Notes under the pieces: generated by a model
Database searches by the model: none
Seen by the model: the letters and a program-made list of their open reading frames with translations, nothing else
What the model was told of the DNA's origin: nothing
From: an uncultured bacterium
GTDB taxonomy: Bacteria > Margulisbacteria > WOR-1 > CAVSGV01
Reading direction: 5' to 3'
DNA: 32,000 nucleotides
Assembly (NCBI GenBank): GCA_963699255.1
Contig: OY969425.1
Span: forward strand, 930,001 to 962,000
In this document: piece by piece, positions 1 to 8,240 of the stretch
Position numbering within the stretch: position 1 is the stretch's first letter
Layout of the letters: each line of letters opens with the position of its first letter
Translations under genes and position numbers: made by a program

Positions 1-3000
1 GTGAAAACAAGTTTATATGTTCCGTTAGTTACCTCGCCTTCGTCGCTTTTGCCATCCCAGACCACATTATTTACGGCATCCTGCGAAGCGATAATATCTA
101 TCTTCCTGACAAGTTGATCACTAAGGTCTTTGAACTCAAGCGAAACAGCCGCCGCCTTTGACAGAGCAAATGAAATTTGGGTGCTATCATTAATGCCGTC
201 ATCATTCGGAGTTATCAGGTTTGTTGAAAGACTGATATTTGATATTTTGGGTTTGATAGTATCAACAATTACTTCCTTTGAGGTTTCGCGGTAATTGCCC
301 GCCTTATCGGTCGCATTGACGTACAACAAGTAGTGTCCGTCGGAGACTCTTTTGCCGTAATAGTCTTTTCCATCCCATGAAATATTATATTTCCCGCATT
401 CGGGTTCTCTCAAATTGAGAAGTGCGGTTATGTAATTATATTGATTATCAAAAATATTCACATTGACGCTCTGAAGCTCAATCGAACCAGCATCAGTTAC
501 CCTGAATGTCGCATCAAGTGTGCCGGATGCAACAGGAGAGAAATAATTGTTGTTCATGAAGAAGTCGTAAATCGTTGGAGGGGTGAAGTCGCAAACGGCG
601 TGGATCTGGCGGGCTTCGTTTCGAGCTTCACTTGTATCATCATAAGTAAATGGAGCAATCGATCCGATCTGTCCGTATCCGTCGCTATCTCTGTAAGCAG
701 TCCCGTTAAATGCCCTGACATTTATAGCCCACAAACCTTCGCTTGGCAGGGATAAGTGAATAGACCTTGTTTCCGGAGAGACGTTATCTATCAGGACTTC
801 CCAGTGATCTCTATCGCTTCGCTTGCCGACTATTTGATATTGTTGAAGCTGGATAAAATCGCTTTCGTGGGTGCTGCCCCATGAAATATCTAGACCTTTG
901 TTATTTATATAATATGTTTCGGCAGTGGGAATGGTGACATGGAAATCGGAAGGCGGCAAATCGGTGCAACATGACTGGATCTTGTTTTTCTTTGCATCGC
1001 AAAAATATAATTTGTTTACACCTTTTTCATTCCTGACCAATACTTTCAACGGCGAAGGGGAAAGCCTGTGGTTGCCATAGGTGCATGTGTACTTTAAATC
1101 CTTTGTGTATCTCTGTATCCTGTGATTACCTTTATCTGCTATATAGAGTGTAGCGGCATCAGCTGTTACAGAATACGCGTAAGTTGAGACCGGAAAATTA
1201 AACCCAACATCTGACAGCGAACCAGAAAAAGAGCCTGAATAATCGAACTGTTGCACTCTATTATTAAGTGAATCTGATACATAAATGCCATTTCCTTTCA
1301 CTGAAACCGATGACGGCATACTGAATTCATCGTCAAAAGTCCCCGATATTTTATTGGAGTAAAAAGTCTTGTATACTTCATGCCCCACAAACCAGGAATT
1401 TCCAAGCTGATAATTTTCTTTGCCAATAACAATATCAAATTTAGAAGCGTTGCCATCATAATCGTATTTTAATATGCGATTATTTAGTGAGTCAGAAACG
1501 TAAACATATCCATTGTTGTCCGTTGTTATCCCCTTTGGAAGATTGAATCTTTCCCCTTCATATGTTCTTGTTTCCCAGTCATCTGAATTGGGAGGCGGGT
1601 TCATTAAATCGTGATAGTTATCTCTTTCGCGTATAAATTTCGCATAGACCTCCGGGCCACTAATATGACTAATCACCTTTAAAGAATCACTCAACACCAG
1701 GACTCGATTATGATAAGTATCGCTGACATAAACCCTGGCGCCATCCGGCGAACAGGCAATGCCATAAGGCCCGGATAGGCCGCTAAAAGAAGCAAGTTGG
1801 ATGCCATTCGGATCATATTTCACGACCTTACCAAGCTGGCAGTAGACAACATACTCATTACCGAATTTATCATATTCAAAATCGCTGATGGCAGGCAATT
1901 CGCTGGTGGGAGGGGGCGTTTCTGAAAGAAGTTCGCAAGCCGATTGCGCATTTACTCTTCCAGCTCCCATGCCTTCGCCAATATAATCAGCCGTACCTTC
2001 TAAAATGCCTTCAACCTCATCCGGGGTTGCATTCGGTTTTAAAGACTTTATTAATGCGGCTACCCCGGAAACAAAAGGTGCAGACATAGAGGTTCCCCAT
2101 TTCCAAACATAACTATTATTTGCTAAGCCACAGGATAAAATCTTTCTTCCGTAAAGTTCCCAGTTATCCGACGAAACATAAAAAGATCCTCCTGGAGCGC
2201 AAATATCAACCCAAGGGCCGTAATTAGAATAACCCACATAATGTGCATCAGGGCCACCTTTATATCCCGCACGATTATCAGAAGTATCAGTTGCTCCAAC
2301 AGCTATCACATGGTTATATGCGGCCGGATATCTCGGTTGAGATGTATTATCATTTCCCGCAGCCGCAACCAAAATGCATCCACTGGCATAAGCATAATTT
2401 ATCGCGTCTTGCTCAGCAGTAGAATAATCACTACCACCAAAACTCATATTTATGATATTAGCGCCATTATCAGCTGCATATTGAATTCCAGCAATAATAT
2501 CCCAATCATTACCACTTCCACTTGAATTGAAAGTTTTTATTGCCAAGATTTTACAATTCCAGTCTACACCCGCTATTCCTTTTCTATTATTTGTATTTGC
2601 CCCTATGATCCCCGCGACATGAGTTCCATGGCCATTATCATCCATCGGATTATAATCGCCCGGATAACCTTCTGAAGTAAGGTAATTGCGACCTAAAATT
2701 ACCTTTCCCGCCAAATCTTCATGGTTATAATTAACTCCCGTATCTAGCACAGCAATCGTCACATTATTGCTTCCTGTGGTGATATCCCATGCATTTGGCG
2801 CACCTATTTTATATAATGCCCATTGATTATCTCCTTGTTGCTGATATTGTTTAAATAATGGATCATTGGGTGTTGCATATATTGTTCTAATATAATCAGG
2901 TGAAACATATTCAATATTCGGATCTTTTTTGTATTCTTCAACCATTGACTCAATGCTTACATCTTCAGGTGCTTCAATAATATAATAACTTGAAAGATCA

Positions 3001-3293
3001 GGAACCGTAATGACCCTTTTGCCGACCCTAACGGTTCCGGTCGCGAGTTTTTGCTTGTTGAACATTCTCGAAAATGTTTTTATTTTGAATTTTGTATTTT
3101 TAGCTTGCAACGAAGATGCGATATTTTGCGGCGCGATATTAGAAAGTATTGAAAAGGTGCCCGCAGATGATTTTACGGCATTGGGCGCAGTTTTGATAAT
3201 AATCCTGCCAGGGACATATTTCTGATCAGCGAAAGATCTGGTACCAAGCAAGCAAATCAGAAATAAGGTCAATATAATATAAGTTTTTTTCAT
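1..3293 (-). CDS. Secreted subtilisin-like (S8) serine peptidase with NHL-type repeats and FlgD-Ig-like C-terminal modules; the C-terminus runs off the left window edge
   Basis: Absent from the supplied ORF track because the frame stays open to nt 1. Hand translation of the minus strand from ATG 3293-3291 gives MKKTYIILTLFLICLLGTRSFADQ (signal peptide). The S8 triad motifs follow: IAVLDTGV (Asp), DDNGHGTHVAGII (His) and WGTSMSAPFVSGVAALIKSL (Ser, encoded ~2040-2100). Then come four NHL-like repeats (YVSDTYHNRVLVL, YVYVSDSLNNRILKYD, IYVSDSLNNRVQQFD, LYIADKGNHRIQRY) and two modules of the type ..WDGKD..G..V.DG.Y in nt ~1-700. Confidence 0.9.
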   Translation of the reverse strand, partial: MKKTYIILTLFLICLLGTRSFADQKYVPGRIIIKTAPNAVKSSAGTFSILSNIAPQNIASSLQAKNTKFKIKTFSRMFNKQKLATGTVRVGKRVITVPDLSSYYIIEAPEDVSIESMVEEYKKDPNIEYVSPDYIRTIYATPNDPLFKQYQQQGDNQWALYKIGAPNAWDITTGSNNVTIAVLDTGVNYNHEDLAGKVILGRNYLTSEGYPGDYNPMDDNGHGTHVAGIIGANTNNRKGIAGVDWNCKILAIKTFNSSGSGNDWDIIAGIQYAADNGANIINMSFGGSDYSTAEQDAINYAYASGCILVAAAGNDNTSQPRYPAAYNHVIAVGATDTSDNRAGYKGGPDAHYVGYSNYGPWVDICAPGGSFYVSSDNWELYGRKILSCGLANNSYVWKWGTSMSAPFVSGVAALIKSLKPNATPDEVEGILEGTADYIGEGMGAGRVNAQSACELLSETPPPTSELPAISDFEYDKFGNEYVVYCQLGKVVKYDPNGIQLASFSGLSGPYGIACSPDGARVYVSDTYHNRVLVLSDSLKVISHISGPEVYAKFIRERDNYHDLMNPPPNSDDWETRTYEGERFNLPKGITTDNNGYVYVSDSLNNRILKYDYDGNASKFDIVIGKENYQLGNSWFVGHEVYKTFYSNKISGTFDDEFSMPSSVSVKGNGIYVSDSLNNRVQQFDYSGSFSGSLSDVGFNFPVSTYAYSVTADAATLYIADKGNHRIQRYTKDLKYTCTYGNHRLSPSPLKVLVRNEKGVNKLYFCDAKKNKIQSCCTDLPPSDFHVTIPTAETYYINNKGLDISWGSTHESDFIQLQQYQIVGKRSDRDHWEVLIDNVSPETRSIHLSLPSEGLWAINVRAFNGTAYRDSDGYGQIGSIAPFTYDDTSEARNEARQIHAVCDFTPPTIYDFFMNNNYFSPVASGTLDATFRVTDAGSIELQSVNVNIFDNQYNYITALLNLREPECGKYNISWDGKDYYGKRVSDGHYLLYVNATDKAGNYRETSKEVIVDTIKPKISNISLSTNLITPNDDGINDSTQISFALSKAAAVSLEFKDLSDQLVRKIDIIASQDAVNNVVWDGKSDEGEVTNGTYKLVF

Positions 3294-3303
3294 TTTTACT
3301 CAA

Positions 3304-4521
3304 TTAAAAGGAGCATTCCAATCCCCCTAGAATCAACATATTTCTTTGGCCCGAAATTAAATGCTCTCTGCCATCCCCGGGACTTTGTAGGCCAGTCATT
3401 GGGGGTATTGTATTCCAAAAATTTGACATATTAACAGGGACGTCCTGATAATAAACGCAGGCCAATTCAAACGAATAATCTGCTTTTCTATAATTAACGC
3501 CAAAAGTCAGATCTAACAGATTATTTGTTTCCAAATAATTTGTATCAGCGGGCAGATTCTTTAGAATGGCTCCGCACAAGACAGACAAATCATCATAAAT
3601 CTTATATTCAATTCCCGCATTCGTGCTTGTGAAAACATTCTTATCGGAATTTACAAAATACCAGTTCTTTGCCGCTCCAAAACCCAGGGTCGTGTTTTTA
3701 AAAAGCTTTAATGAAATCCCTGCTGCCTGCCGTCTTTGCGTTGCAATGGGGATTTCGTAAAGATCAGTATAGTTGGACATAAAATGGGCTGACAATAGAT
3801 TTGGAATAACCTGATAATCTCCATTTGCAGATATTACATCTCCAGTTTTATTTCCCGCTTGATAATATAATGCCAAATAAGCATTATTATTGAATATTCT
3901 GGTAAATATTCCAGGTACATCTTTAATAATCACCTCATCATACTCGTTGGATATGTGCCCTGAGCCACCGCTTATAATATCTGCTTCTTCAGAATAGTGA
4001 AAATTCGCTTCCCCTCTTTTGGATGATGCACCAAGTACCAACCAATCCAGAGCTTTATAACTCAAGCCGATTTCCAATGATTCAAAATATCCTTTTTTGT
4101 TTGTGTTGACATCATAATCTTTTTCTGTCAAGTCCACTCCGGTAAAAGTGAAATAAGATATGTCGGAATTCACATTCATATTCGAATAGGCAGTATACAT
4201 GGCAATTTGATCGCTTAATTTTAATGCGACATTAATATTATGGAATCCACCAGCGCTTGTCCTCTCATCATATGAATGAGGATATGTCTGCTTAGGAAAG
4301 GAGTTAGATAAATTTGAAATGCCTGATGATAAATAGATTTGACTGTTTTTTAAAGTCGAGAGCGCGGTAACATCATATAAATAATCGCTCTCATCCTCCA
4401 TTATCCCCTGCATATCTCCCATAGCCATAAGACGAAGAGAGGAGCAATGGCAAGCGGATGACATCGATATAGTTAAACAAACAATCGTGATCAATCCCAC
4501 TAGGGCGTTCTTATTAAACAT
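3304..4521 (-). CDS. Putative outer-membrane beta-barrel protein, function unknown
   Basis: Signal-like N-terminus MFNKNALVGLITIVCLTISMSSA. Composition is Y/N/G/S-rich with an alternating strand pattern, and the protein ends ...LGGLECSF with a C-terminal Phe typical of BAM-dependent barrels. It is tightly packed between the inhibitor gene and the S8 gene, with a 10-nt gap to the S8 start. Confidence 0.5.
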   Translation of the reverse strand: MFNKNALVGLITIVCLTISMSSACHCSSLRLMAMGDMQGIMEDESDYLYDVTALSTLKNSQIYLSSGISNLSNSFPKQTYPHSYDERTSAGGFHNINVALKLSDQIAMYTAYSNMNVNSDISYFTFTGVDLTEKDYDVNTNKKGYFESLEIGLSYKALDWLVLGASSKRGEANFHYSEEADIISGGSGHISNEYDEVIIKDVPGIFTRIFNNNAYLALYYQAGNKTGDVISANGDYQVIPNLLSAHFMSNYTDLYEIPIATQRRQAAGISLKLFKNTTLGFGAAKNWYFVNSDKNVFTSTNAGIEYKIYDDLSVLCGAILKNLPADTNYLETNNLLDLTFGVNYRKADYSFELACVYYQDVPVNMSNFWNTIPPMTGLQSPGDGREHLISGQRNMLILGGLECSF

Positions 4522-4536
4522 TTATTTGTTTCCTCT

Positions 4537-5010
4537 CTATTTTATATCGATACAAATTGTCTGCGAATTCACTTTTGGGCTGACCATAAATGTTCCCGTA
4601 ACATAGTATTCTCCCTCAGGGACATTTTTGCCCGAAGTATCCTTTTGATCCCAGATATAGTTAAACTTCAATTTTTCGTTTGTTTTCAACTGAAATGGGA
4701 TCACTTCCATCAAAAACATCTTATTTTGAGACCATCTCCATACTTCAGCCCCATCCTTATCAGAAACAAAAAAATCAAACTTTTGCGAAGAAGAATAATA
4801 GGAAGAGACGGCTTCCGAACTTGTATTTGTGACCTTTATGGACATTTTTATTTTTTCTCCCAATGAATAAGTGTTTTTATCTATGGTTATTTCTATGTGG
4901 TATGGCGATGTTTCAAGAGGGTTACCCGGTTTCTCCCCAAAGCCAAGCACGAATGAAGGATGTGCTAATAGGATCATGCAGATACCCAGAGTAAGAAGTT
5001 TATTTAACAT
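4537..5010 (-). CDS. Exported BsuPI-family proteinase inhibitor
   Basis: The core SSSQKFDFFVSDKDGAEVWRWSQNKMFLMEVIPFQLKTNEKLKFNYIW parallels, as I recall it, the B. subtilis intracellular proteinase inhibitor (..TGQKFELVVYD....YRYSKEKMFTQ....L..GE...F..VW). There is a hydrophobic signal segment LLTLGICMILLAHPSFVLG. The ORF track starts at 5037, but a hairpin plus T-run (5011-5035) lies in that extension, so ATG 5010 is preferred. Confidence 0.75.
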   Translation of the reverse strand: MLNKLLTLGICMILLAHPSFVLGFGEKPGNPLETSPYHIEITIDKNTYSLGEKIKMSIKVTNTSSEAVSSYYSSSQKFDFFVSDKDGAEVWRWSQNKMFLMEVIPFQLKTNEKLKFNYIWDQKDTSGKNVPEGEYYVTGTFMVSPKVNSQTICIDIK

Positions 5011-5035
5011 AAAAAAGCCTCTCTTTTTTCGAGGC
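5011..5035 (-). terminator. Putative intrinsic terminator after the 230-aa gene
   Basis: The minus strand reads GCCTC-gaaaaaaga-GAGGC followed by TTTTTT, immediately upstream of ATG 5010. Confidence 0.45.
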
Positions 5036-5174
5036 AAGCCCCGATAGAATCGGGTGGGTATCCAGCCCCGGAAAGCACAAATTATAGCACTTTTTTAGTG
5101 CTTTGACAGAGGGCGAGGGAGCTAGTTTACTTATGCAATGTTGCATATATCCCAAAAGCAAAAGCTGTTCCAAT

Positions 5175-5867
5175 CTAAGAGGTTTTACTGTTGATTTGAT
5201 CAATCAACTTTTGAATTTTTCCAATGCCAATAAAGTCATCAACATGTCCCTTAGCCTTTGCCCATTTCATTAGTGGCACCTTTACCTTACCTTTTTCATC
5301 TTGTTCTGCTATTTTATCGATATCATCCCAATAAGTCCCAACATAATAAAAAAGAACCTTCATATCATTTTTCAATCCTTCTTTCAAAAGAAGGCCATTT
5401 AAGATTGCGCTTCTGATGCTGTTTGTATCTAAAAAGTTGCCCTTGAACTCAATGAATACAGCCGTACCCCCCTCTTTAGTTTTCAAATAACAATCTGCTC
5501 CAATGGTTGCTTTTTCGTTATTTAACTTTATCTCCACATTCCTCCTGGCCTGTTGAATAAGACCACAGCGGGCACTGACTAGCATACCAATCATTGTTTC
5601 CATGTAGTGGACATGGGCATTTGCTCTTCCTGATTTCATGTTAAGCCAATATTCCTGTATCTTATTAAGAACCTCTTCTTTCCACTTTTTTACCTCATTG
5701 CTATCCTCTTCAAGAATTTCCAGGCTTTTTCTATACCATGGATAAGCGCAAGCCGTACTGGCATTGCTTGGGGTACATTTTGGCTTCAGGCATTCAATAT
5801 TCATTTCCTTGAAATTTGGATCATTGATAATCCGGACATTGTTGCAGGGTTTTACATTGTTTAACAT
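5175..5867 (-). CDS. Hypothetical protein with a PD-(D/E)XK-like nuclease motif
   Basis: 230 aa. Candidate catalytic pattern E (HYMETM) ... D (IGADCYL)-x14-E-F-K (AVFIEFKG). The assignment rests on this motif only. Confidence 0.5.
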   Translation of the reverse strand: MLNNVKPCNNVRIINDPNFKEMNIECLKPKCTPSNASTACAYPWYRKSLEILEEDSNEVKKWKEEVLNKIQEYWLNMKSGRANAHVHYMETMIGMLVSARCGLIQQARRNVEIKLNNEKATIGADCYLKTKEGGTAVFIEFKGNFLDTNSIRSAILNGLLLKEGLKNDMKVLFYYVGTYWDDIDKIAEQDEKGKVKVPLMKWAKAKGHVDDFIGIGKIQKLIDQINSKTS

Positions 5868-5887
5868 GAGTTATAATATTCGAAGTA

Positions 5888-6244
5888 TTACGAACCGCCG
5901 ATGTCGCGAATGGCCTTGCTTAGTGAAGTCTGCTTAAATGCTCCAAACATATTCCCATAAAAATTATGGCCCCATTCTTTCCATTGTTCTGTATTTTTAC
6001 AACTGAGGCCGAGATTGTCCAGATAGCTTTGAGGAATCCTAAGGCCAAATTCAATGATATCTTTTAGTACTATTATATCTTTTTGAAATTGATCGGGGTT
6101 TTCGTCTGGATCCGCGAATCTATTGCGAGATACGTCTCTAATAATATCTATTAGGCGTGAGATATCATCACAGGTATATTCCCCGACATTGAAATTCTCG
6201 CTTATTTTCAAGAGAGCTTTGGCTTGTTCATCATTGAAATCCAT
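5888..6244 (-). CDS. Hypothetical protein (118 aa), first gene of the operon that also encodes the PD-(D/E)XK-like protein
   Basis: ORF with a 20-nt gap to the downstream gene. I recognise no motif. Confidence 0.55.
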   Translation of the reverse strand: MDFNDEQAKALLKISENFNVGEYTCDDISRLIDIIRDVSRNRFADPDENPDQFQKDIIVLKDIIEFGLRIPQSYLDNLGLSCKNTEQWKEWGHNFYGNMFGAFKQTSLSKAIRDIGGS

Positions 6245-6283
6245 ATGTTTACCCCCTTAATTATTCTAATGGATACTATCGGT

Positions 6284-6304
6284 TGTGTTCGGGAGTATAA
6301 CACA
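6284..6304. promoter_or_regulatory. Dyad TGTGTT-N9-AACACA in a divergent control region (candidate XRE operator)
   Basis: Perfect 6-bp inverted repeat at 6284-6289 and 6299-6304, lying between the divergent starts at 6244 and 6325. Confidence 0.35.
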
Positions 6305-6324
6305 CAGATACAATAGGCTCCATC

Positions 6325-6576
6325 ATGAAAGCAATGTCATTCTATAAACCGGACAAAGCACTGCTTAAGGCGATAGCGCAAGAATTCAAATCAACACGGC
6401 TAAAGAGAGGATTAACAATTGAGGAACTTTCTGATCTTTGCGGTTTACATGAGAAGTATCTGCAGACTATAGAAAGAAATCACAGAAATATATCCTTATC
6501 AGTATTTGTCCAGATAGCGAAAGCTCTTAAAGTATCGCCATCTAAGCTGCTTGAGAAGACACTAACAGCTAGATAG
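6325..6576 (+). CDS. XRE-family helix-turn-helix transcriptional regulator (83 aa)
   Basis: LKRGLTIEELSDLCGLHEKYLQTIERNHRNISLSVFVQIAKALKVSPSKLL is a classic Cro/C1-type HTH. Its size is typical of controller or antitoxin-type regulators. Confidence 0.85.
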   Translation: MKAMSFYKPDKALLKAIAQEFKSTRLKRGLTIEELSDLCGLHEKYLQTIERNHRNISLSVFVQIAKALKVSPSKLLEKTLTAR

Positions 6577-6587
6577 CTTCTGACAAT

Positions 6588-6911
6588 CTATATCATCCCT
6601 CTGGCATCCATCACATCTTTTAATGTCTTATCATGAAAATGTAGGTCTCTTTCAATCCCCAGACCGAATTTACCCCTGAAGCTCTCAAGCTCATCAAGAC
6701 TGAATGTGCCTAACTCTGCCATCTCTGGGTCTCCCAGGTTGGCATATCCAAAAAATATCCGGTCAACAGGATCATATTCAACAGCATACCATCGACCCCC
6801 GCCTGTAGGATTAAAGAACTTCACTATAACCTTTATATCCTCTGCATGTTTCTGAGAGGTATCTCCCTGAGCTTCAAAGGCTTCTAATAGTTCCTTAGTT
6901 ATCAGTTTCAC
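6588..6911 (-). CDS. DUF2958-family protein
   Basis: KFFNPTGGGRWYAVEYDPVDRIFFGYANLGD...GTFSLDELESFRGKFGLGIERDLHF matches the DUF2958 pattern common on plasmids and ICEs. Confidence 0.8.
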   Translation of the reverse strand: MKLITKELLEAFEAQGDTSQKHAEDIKVIVKFFNPTGGGRWYAVEYDPVDRIFFGYANLGDPEMAELGTFSLDELESFRGKFGLGIERDLHFHDKTLKDVMDARGMI

Positions 6912-7260
6912 TGTTATCGGTCTCCTTCAGTGAGTTCTTGTAAAACTTTGTATCCAGCATTTGCATGTTATCGGCCACAACCTCCGCAAATGACCGCTTC
7001 TCTCCGTTCTTCTCATATTTGCGTATCGTCAGCTTGCCCTCGATAGCCACAGGCTTACCTTTTTTCAGGTATTCCCCACATACCTTCGCAAGACCTCTCC
7101 AGGCAACGACATTGATGAAATCCACTTCCTTCTCTCCGTTCTTGCCGGATCTTTCTACTGCAAGAGCAAATCTTGCCACAGGAATCTCGTTAGTGGTGTA
7201 TCTGACCTCTGGATCCGCAGCAAGCCGCCCCACAAGGATAGTTCTGTTTAAAGATATCAT
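6895..7260 (-). CDS. ssb: Single-stranded DNA-binding protein
   Basis: OB-fold SSB signature NRTILVGRLAADPEVRYTTNEIPVARFALAV...FINVVAWRGLAKVCGEYLKKGKPVAIEGKL. The tail is short and acidic. The 3' end overlaps the DUF2958 gene by 17 nt. Confidence 0.9.
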   Translation of the reverse strand: MISLNRTILVGRLAADPEVRYTTNEIPVARFALAVERSGKNGEKEVDFINVVAWRGLAKVCGEYLKKGKPVAIEGKLTIRKYEKNGEKRSFAEVVADNMQMLDTKFYKNSLKETDNSETDN

Positions 7261-7412
7261 TTTTTCACCTCCCTTATTTCTTGATCAAAACAATAAACAT
7301 CATCGGGCTGATCTCTATAAGCAAGCTCTTCTTTTGCTTTTTGTTTGCTCTGAGCTTCGATAATATATTTTTGAACGGTGGTTTCAATTATTTCATATTT
7401 CTTCATTTTCAT
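7257..7412 (-). CDS. Small hypothetical protein (51 aa), below the ORF-track size cutoff
   Basis: Hand translation gives MKMKKYEIIETTVQKYIIEAQSKQKAKEELAYRDQPDDVYCFDQEIREVKK. An AGGGGGTGA Shine-Dalgarno lies 7 nt upstream, and the stop overlaps the ssb start (ATGA). Confidence 0.55.
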   Translation of the reverse strand: MKMKKYEIIETTVQKYIIEAQSKQKAKEELAYRDQPDDVYCFDQEIREVKK

Positions 7413-7443
7413 TTTATTTCACCCCCTTTCTTAGCTCTAACAA

Positions 7444-7668
7444 CTAAATAAGGCTATTTACTGTTTCCACCATGCTTTGAAGTTTCTCTGTTAGCTCCTC
7501 GAACTTCTTTCGCTTGTGTTTATCTTGGCCTTTCTGGTTCAGCTTTGCCTCCACCTTTACAAGATAATCGTAGAGAGCAAAGTGAAGAATCCCTAGTTCA
7601 TCAAAGCCAAGCTCCACAGTCACATGATTTCTGTCAACCTTTAACAGCTTCATGTCTGCCTCCGACAA
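7444..7668 (-). CDS. Hypothetical protein (74 aa)
   Basis: ORF preceded by a GGAGG Shine-Dalgarno at good spacing. The C-terminal half is helical and charged. Confidence 0.55.
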   Translation of the reverse strand: MSEADMKLLKVDRNHVTVELGFDELGILHFALYDYLVKVEAKLNQKGQDKHKRKKFEELTEKLQSMVETVNSLI

Positions 7669-7725
7669 TCATCATATTTCCTAAATGTAACTCGAATATT
7701 TGTCGTTAACGCAACAGATACTCAT

Positions 7726-7827
7726 TTAGGTCTTCCACATCCCACACTTAAACCACTTGTCCAGAGCCACTTGTCCAGAAAGTGAGAATGTATCCGCAGT
7801 TTTCGCCGGCACTGTAAATATTTTCAT
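7726..7827 (-). CDS. Possible small ORF (33 aa)
   Basis: GGAGAG Shine-Dalgarno followed by ATG, encoding MKIFTVPAKTADTFSLSGQVALDKWFKCGMWKT. It contains a tandem 14-nt unit CCACTTGTCCAGA(G) x2 at 7753-7779. Confidence 0.3.
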   Translation of the reverse strand: MKIFTVPAKTADTFSLSGQVALDKWFKCGMWKT

Positions 7828-7893
7828 CTCTTACTCTCCTGTACAATCGATTACTTTGATTGCCCCTCATGTGGATCCTGCCCTTTTATGCGA

Positions 7894-8115
7894 CTATACC
7901 TGCGTTCCACAATAGGCACAGACAATGACCGCTGGTTCAAAATCTTCACACGTCGTGTCTCCTACCTCCGCTATAAGTCGGCCGTCAACCTTGTGGAATT
8001 CGACCTCTTGCGTCACATGCGCAAAACCTCGTTCAAAGAACTTTTTTGTGTTCCCGCAGTTTTGACACGTGTAAACTGCCTCACTTTTCTTAAGCTCTTG
8101 CTTGGTTTCCAACAT
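7894..8115 (-). CDS. Zinc-ribbon protein (73 aa from ATG 8115)
   Basis: CQNCG ... CAYCG Cys pairs. The ORF track uses GTG 8133, but ATG 8115 follows a GGGGGTGA Shine-Dalgarno. Confidence 0.6.
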   Translation of the reverse strand: MLETKQELKKSEAVYTCQNCGNTKKFFERGFAHVTQEVEFHKVDGRLIAEVGDTTCEDFEPAVIVCAYCGTQV

Positions 8116-8240
8116 CTTCACCCCCTTGTACACTTATTTTAATTTATTTTATTTGTATTCAAATCGCCTCACTCCGCTTAAGTTCCTGCTTGGCTTTCAG
8201 CATGTTTACCCTCTTGAATTTTTTATTTTATTTATTTTTC
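8078..8240. repeat. Tandem duplication of the Zn-ribbon gene's 5' end plus upstream AT-rich region
   Basis: 8078-8160 and 8166-8240 align at roughly 80% identity. The second copy encodes only MLKAKQELKRSEAI-stop, against MLETKQELKKSEAV... in the intact gene. Confidence 0.7.

Noticed and set aside
441-3225. Plus-strand ORFs 441-755, 2241-2525 and 3010-3225
   Set aside because: They lie antisense within the well-supported S8 protease frame and have low-complexity translations.
5000-5203. 67-aa minus-strand ORF in the gap between the inhibitor gene and the 230-aa gene
   Set aside because: It spans a terminator-like hairpin and overlaps both neighbouring genes, and I recognise no motif in it.
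7753-7779. Tandem 14-nt repeat considered as a CRISPR or iteron array
   Set aside because: There are only two adjacent copies with no spacers, lying inside a possible small ORF. This is not a CRISPR array.
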